A stretch of DNA of 64,000 nt from Chrysomallon squamiferum. Its lineage: Eukaryota > Animalia > Mollusca. Made by a program: the position numbers and the translations under genes. The notes under the pieces are model-generated. The model was not told the DNA's origin and searched no databases. It worked only from the letters and a program-made list of their open reading frames with translations. The stretch covers positions 35,588,001 through 35,652,000 of the forward strand of contig CM022671.1 of NCBI GenBank assembly GCA_012295275.1. Reading direction: 5' to 3'. Of this stretch, positions 58,577 to 64,000 are shown in pieces. The stretch's first letter is position 1. Each line of letters begins with the position of its first letter.

Positions 58577-60942
58577 AAACAAACAAATATATATAACAAA
58601 AATCCCTTTCTGCTGCTGAAGTAACTTCTATGTATTTCGTCTCTCAGATATGTTTATTACATCAAACCTGCATGTCTAATAATTAATTATAAATCAGTGT
58701 CATATAAATTTTGAGTATATTGAAGGATTTATTAATAATTATTCTTTTCAATCCAACCCTGTTATCAAAAATTCTTTCAGACAGCTCGAAGGTTTGGAAA
58801 AGGTGAACGGAAAGTGGACGTGGAATATAACAACAGAAGATGTTGAAGATTCTTGCGGGATGGTTTTTCTGAAGGATAATAAACTGACAAGAAAGGAAAG
58901 ATCTGACGGTAATGCTCGACCTCTTCGAAGAAAACAGAACTTATTTGACGGAAACAGCCGAAAGATTGGCGAAAATAACCGAAGTTCTGACAGAAACAAG
59001 AAGAGATCTGAAAAAAAACCCCGAAGATTTGACGGAAAGAACCGAAGATTTAATGGAAGCAGGCAAAGAATTGTCGGGAACAGCCGAAGAGGAAGCGGAA
59101 ATAGACGACGATTTAACGGAAATAAACGACCATTTCGCGGGTCTGCAAAGTCTTCGGGTGGAAGGAGTCGATGGTGGAACCGAAGGAAACGGCGATCAGA
59201 CGGGTCGAAAATGTCGATGGTATTTCCTAACCTGGGGGACTTGGAAGATCACTTTAACAACCAAGGAGACCACGATCTACCCGAGACGACAAATCCAAAC
59301 TTGATGTTTTTACCACAGATGGGAAGTAACTCCAAGGCGACATACATTACTCAGTTCCTCAAACAACAGCTGGAAGCCAGGAAGGCAATCGGTAACCGTC
59401 AGATAATGAATGGCGTCAGAGTTTCCCCGACAGTCACCAGAGTTACAGTCACTACTACTACTGCTAAAACAAGTGCTGAAAATCTGAGTGGGATCACGAC
59501 ATCAGCGTCTTCAGTAAAGACTGATCAAACACGAACAGGCGAAACAACGACAGCGTTCAGAACAACGTCAGCCTCGGAAAATGCGACTTCAGATTCTGAT
59601 TCTGTTGAAATTAGTGATAACTCGACAAACAGCCAGGAAGGGTCTTTAGAAGACACAGATTCAGACAAGAATACAACATCAACATCCACAACAACTACAT
59701 CCGAAATATCTAAACCAGCTACGTCAGGATCCAAATCATCGACAACTGTTACATCGTTTACACCATCAACGTCAACATACAAAACATCAACACCTTCAAC
59801 GTCTGCATCCACAATGCCTGCGCCCATCACGTCTGTATCTACAACGTCTAAGCCCATCACGTCTCTATCTGAAACATCTCCATCAACTACGTCTACATCC
59901 AAAATATCGACATCAATTAAATCGTCTTCTCACAAAATATCTACATCAAAAATGTTGACAGGATCAAAAACGTCAGTACGATTCACACGTTCACATCGTA
60001 CAAGTCGTTCTGTAACGTACTCGTCTCCTTCGCCATCAGATAATACACCTACAGTCACGACGTCGCCTAGGGCTAAACCTGGACCTCCAACCACATCTTT
60101 TACACCATCTACACTGACAACAACAGCTTCCACGACATCGACTACAAAATTGACTAGTTTTCCAGATTCTGGAAATAAAGGAAAATCAGAATCAACAGTT
60201 AGTCGAACGAATCCAGAATTATCAACTCCAACAGCAACGTCATCAACAAAACAACACATCCAACGTGGCCCTTCCAGCACTGCTGTCGCAACAGATTCTG
60301 AATCTGCAGCTACAACGGACTACATCAAAGAATTAACAAAACGAATCGGGATCTCGAAATCACCATCCAGTGGAACGAACTCAAAAACAACGATCACAAC
60401 AACGACATCATCAAATAAGTACATCCAGCCCGGTTCGTTCACTACTCGTGTCCCCATAAACCACGTAACTGCAGCTACCACGATGGATTACCTCACAGAA
60501 CTGACAGAAAGACTCGCCTTCACGAGATTACCAGTTCTACCAGACGAGATGGAACCGATGATGACGCTTGAAGATTGCTCAGAAAAACACCCATTTGTCT
60601 GTTACAAACAACCAATCAGATCCCTGGGCGAAAGTTAGTTACGTTTTGAAAACTGTGATAATTGAGTAAAAATTAGTACATGTATAGGCAGCATATCGAA
60701 TCAGGTTTACAGAATTAAAAAAATATATATCGAAATCCTGACATATCATTCTTTAGTAATATGGTCATTATATCTTTATTATAATAATTTCAAACTGATT
60801 AAAACAGTATATTTAAATTTGTTTAAACTAGTTAATTAATATGTTTATTTATTATGAATATTTAAATAAAATAAAGTGAAAAATTATTTACAATTATATA
60901 AAACGACATCTTTAAGATACAATTTTTATTTTTTAAAAAACC

Positions 60943-60982
<40 letters not shown>

Positions 60983-63818
60983 GTATTACGATTATCAATA
61001 ATTTTGTAGTTATCTAAATATATATAAAGCTATATACCGGGTATAAAAATTCATTTAGAGATAGTATATGAAATATGTAAACTGTTTGAAATGATGTGTT
61101 TAAAACTGATTTATTTTGTGTGTTGCAGCTTCGCTGTGTGGGGAGCGGTGGATGGGACACACAGACATAGACAGGTGTTACATGGTGAACTCCCTACCCC
61201 TGCCTTTCCACCAAGCACGTGAACACTGCATCCAGGAGGGCGGGACAATGGCGAGAGTGGACTCGGACTTCTTCAAAAATATTTCAGCTCTGGCTTTGTT
61301 GTATTACAGAATTGCACAGAGACACGGTATCAGAAATTTGCGTAATTTGAGTAAATGTATATATATGTGTCTGGGTGTGTGTGTTTATGTTTGTAACAAT
61401 GTATGTGTGTGTATGTATCTATGTATATGTACATATTTATATATATGTATGTATTGTGTGCGCATTTTGTATACGTGTTTACGTCAGTCAAACTCAGCTA
61501 GGAATTGAAAAGAGTAGAATTACTCTCATTCTTTTAAAAATCTAGTAGCTGACCTCAATAACTATTAAATCAGTATTAAAATGTCAGAACCTATTTTAAT
61601 GAATTTATGTACAACTAATTTCTCTGTGTAATAATAGCCTACCTAGTAACTTAAATTTTAATTTTTGCACAATACAAGTGTTTTATGTTACGTCTTTATT
61701 TTTTTGTTTTTATGTGTGTATGTTATACGACATAATGTACAATTTCAGACACAGTCGCCTGGGTTGACTTGCAGTACACAGCTGGTATCATGTTAAACAA
61801 CTGTACGTATCTGGATCACTTCACGGTAAAGACGTCGTCATGTGACAATCTGCTGCCAGTAGTTTGTGAGAAAAATACGTTACGTAAGTATTTATCCTTG
61901 CGTTACTTCGCTTTGACTTTCTCTGTATGCATGCGTTCGTATTTATATGTGTAACTGCGTATTGATACGTATTTCTTGTCGTATTAGTTTATGTATGCAT
62001 ATACGTATTATTTGGTGTATTTGTATGATCGTATTTGTTTATGTACATACTTCTTTCAGTATTTTTTTTATGTCTTTCTGTTTATACGTATTTCGTTCTG
62101 TACGTGCGTATTTCTTTCTATTTATACATTTATATACAACTAACCTGAGAAAATGGTAGAGAGAGGCAAAATAATTAATTGTACAGATGAACACACAAAA
62201 AATTCGAAATTAATGAATCTTACTTTTTTTTTTTTATTTTTTTTTTTTACTTTCATTTGTAGCTAATCATGAACAAGATAAATTTGTTTCTCTGTTTGAC
62301 GACGACGACGACGATGTTGAAGTGAGAATGATGCAGTCAAAGAGACCGGAACCTCTCTCTTGTCCCTTTGTGATCAGTTCACCGGAATCGGAAATCACGT
62401 GGTATAAAGATGGCGTCGCAATTCCCCCGTCCCAAAATCGCTTTGGAGAAACAGTTAAAGACGGTGAGTTGCTCATTCATGTATTCTATTTACTTTTTGC
62501 TTTTATGTCATACAGTTATTTATTTTTGGCTTATTTTGAATTTATTTTTTTTTGAATTTGTTTTTATCAATTAAATTATTATTATTTTAATATCGGGACA
62601 AGTACGTGAAAATGTGCATACATAAAAGAAACCAAGAGACAGAAGGAGATATATAAAAAATAAGTAAGTTAAATAGAGAAAACATGTATATATATATACA
62701 TGAGTAGAGGATAGAGAGAGAGAGAAAGAAGACAGCGATACACAGTATTAACTAATCAAATTGGTGTATACGGGGGAAATTATTTAAACAATCACATTTT
62801 ATGTGTAGAAAAACTACAGCTGGATTCTGGTATGATGAAACGTCTTGAACAAAGTCACGGCGGAGTTTTCAAAATGGCGATGCTGCAGGGAGTCTACTGG
62901 TGTCAAATCTGGCTGAACGAAAGTTTCACTGCAGTCAAATCAAACAAATCTTTTGTTGTCTTTGATGGTATGTCCAAAAGTTTATATCGTTTTACGGTTG
63001 TTGTTTTTTATTATTATTTTTTCTTTTTTGTTTTTTTGTTTATTTTACGAATCAGGAACATGATTTATTTTCTTTCTTAAGCTATTCGAATAAATGATAA
63101 TAAATATTTTATAATGATGTTGTTAACAACCACATTGTTTGAAATCTTTTCCTCATTATTTTCTCTTTAAATAATTAACACAGACAGACAAACACACACT
63201 TACACACACACTCTTTAAATAATTAACACAGACAGACAAACACACACGTTATTTTTTTTACTGCAGATGTTGTTAGTCTATACGGCGTCGTTAAAACAAA
63301 AGGTATCTCACTGTACGACATCATCCTGCTCAACTACATGAACACCGTCACCGGCATACCACTGATAATTTCACATGGTATTGAATCCATCAACGACAAC
63401 GTCACCAGATCATTACAACAACAGTACCCTGCTTTGACTGAGATAGACAGTGTAGTTAAACGAATCGAGTAAGTCAGTTTACAAAATGCAATTTTAATCA
63501 TTTTACAACAAGTTAACATACATTTGCCCAAGCAAGGAGGCCGTTTGAAAACTAAATTGAGAATTCTATGTTGTATTTGTGTTATTTTAGACATGTTGCA
63601 ATATTGTTTTTATCTTTCTTGCAGACCTGATACACATGAGATAGTGTTTTACACGTACCTGACTCTGAAACAAGTGATTCCAGAAAACATGAAAACAAAA
63701 TTAATACAGTCTTACCTAAAGATGTTCCAGTCTGTTCTAAGTGTGAATGACTTCATGATCTCCCGAAAATGGAACGTAGAACAACCAGTTGTCAACAATA
63801 TAAACATCAGCAGAACAG
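56768..63818 (+). CDS. Large secreted or membrane protein, 5' part: signal peptide, C-type lectin domain (with Arg-rich and mucin-like insert), second C-type lectin domain, Ig-like domain, SEA-like region; continues beyond the window
   Basis: Exons 56768-56828, 57584-57889, 58192-58282, 58781-60633, 61129-61341, 61749-61883, 62263-62463, 62809-62967, 63267-63468, 63625-63818, all phase-compatible. CTLD1: CPPQW, WEDAQEVC, FWTG, SC...DC...FVC. CTLD2: CGERW, CY, FHQAREHC, AWVDL, NC...SC..LPVVCE. Ig: LSCP...ITWYKDG...QGVYWC. Confidence 0.85.
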
Positions 63819-64000
63819 GTATTTACCTATAAATATCATAATCATCATGATCATACACATCAATATTATCATGTTTTCAGTAACATAAACAATAGTACAT
63901 ATGTCATCATTACTTTGGGAAAACTTAACATCTTCATAGTATCCACTTGCGTGAGGCATCGTAATCAGTTCCTCTTAACAACGACAACAACAACATATAT

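Noticed and set aside
59525-60280. Minus-strand Val/Asp-rich ORFs (59525-59902 and 59930-60280)
   Set aside because: Antisense shadows of the Thr/Ser codons of the mucin-like exon.
58794-60638. 614-aa ORF as a stand-alone single-exon gene
   Set aside because: It starts at TTG and is flanked by phase-compatible splice sites (58781 and 60633), so it is an internal exon of the lectin gene.

Overview
AT-rich, microsatellite-rich, intron-containing animal genomic DNA. It is probably molluscan (gastropod-like); this is an inference from the gene families and repeat style. All gene models were spliced by hand from GT-AG sites and frame continuity, and family assignments are from recalled motifs, not database searches. 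Contents in order: (1) 3' part of TBCCD1 (+). (2) A complete AIFM3-type Rieske/FAD-NAD(P)H oxidoreductase (-). (3) A single-coding-exon peptidase C45 (Tan/IAT-like Ntn hydrolase) (-). (4) Three tandem secreted EF-hand paralogs (+), the first carrying a nonsense codon. (5) CCDC62 (-), with a duplicated exon pair and an apparent frameshift. (6) The 5' part of a large CTLD-mucin-CTLD-Ig-SEA-like secreted or membrane protein (+) that runs off the window. The most striking observation is a duplicated exon pair in AIFM3 (12678-12793 and 11309-11427) that must be mutually exclusive by frame. The two versions differ at the Rossmann beta-B cofactor-specificity position (VIDLIK versus VIGRSS), suggesting a splicing switch between NADH and NADPH. 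The same gene has alternative first exons that add or omit an N-myristoylation signal. Also notable are three intronic minisatellites seeded on splice sites and a C-type lectin domain split by an insert of about 560 aa. Most ORFs in the supplied track are microsatellite artefacts.
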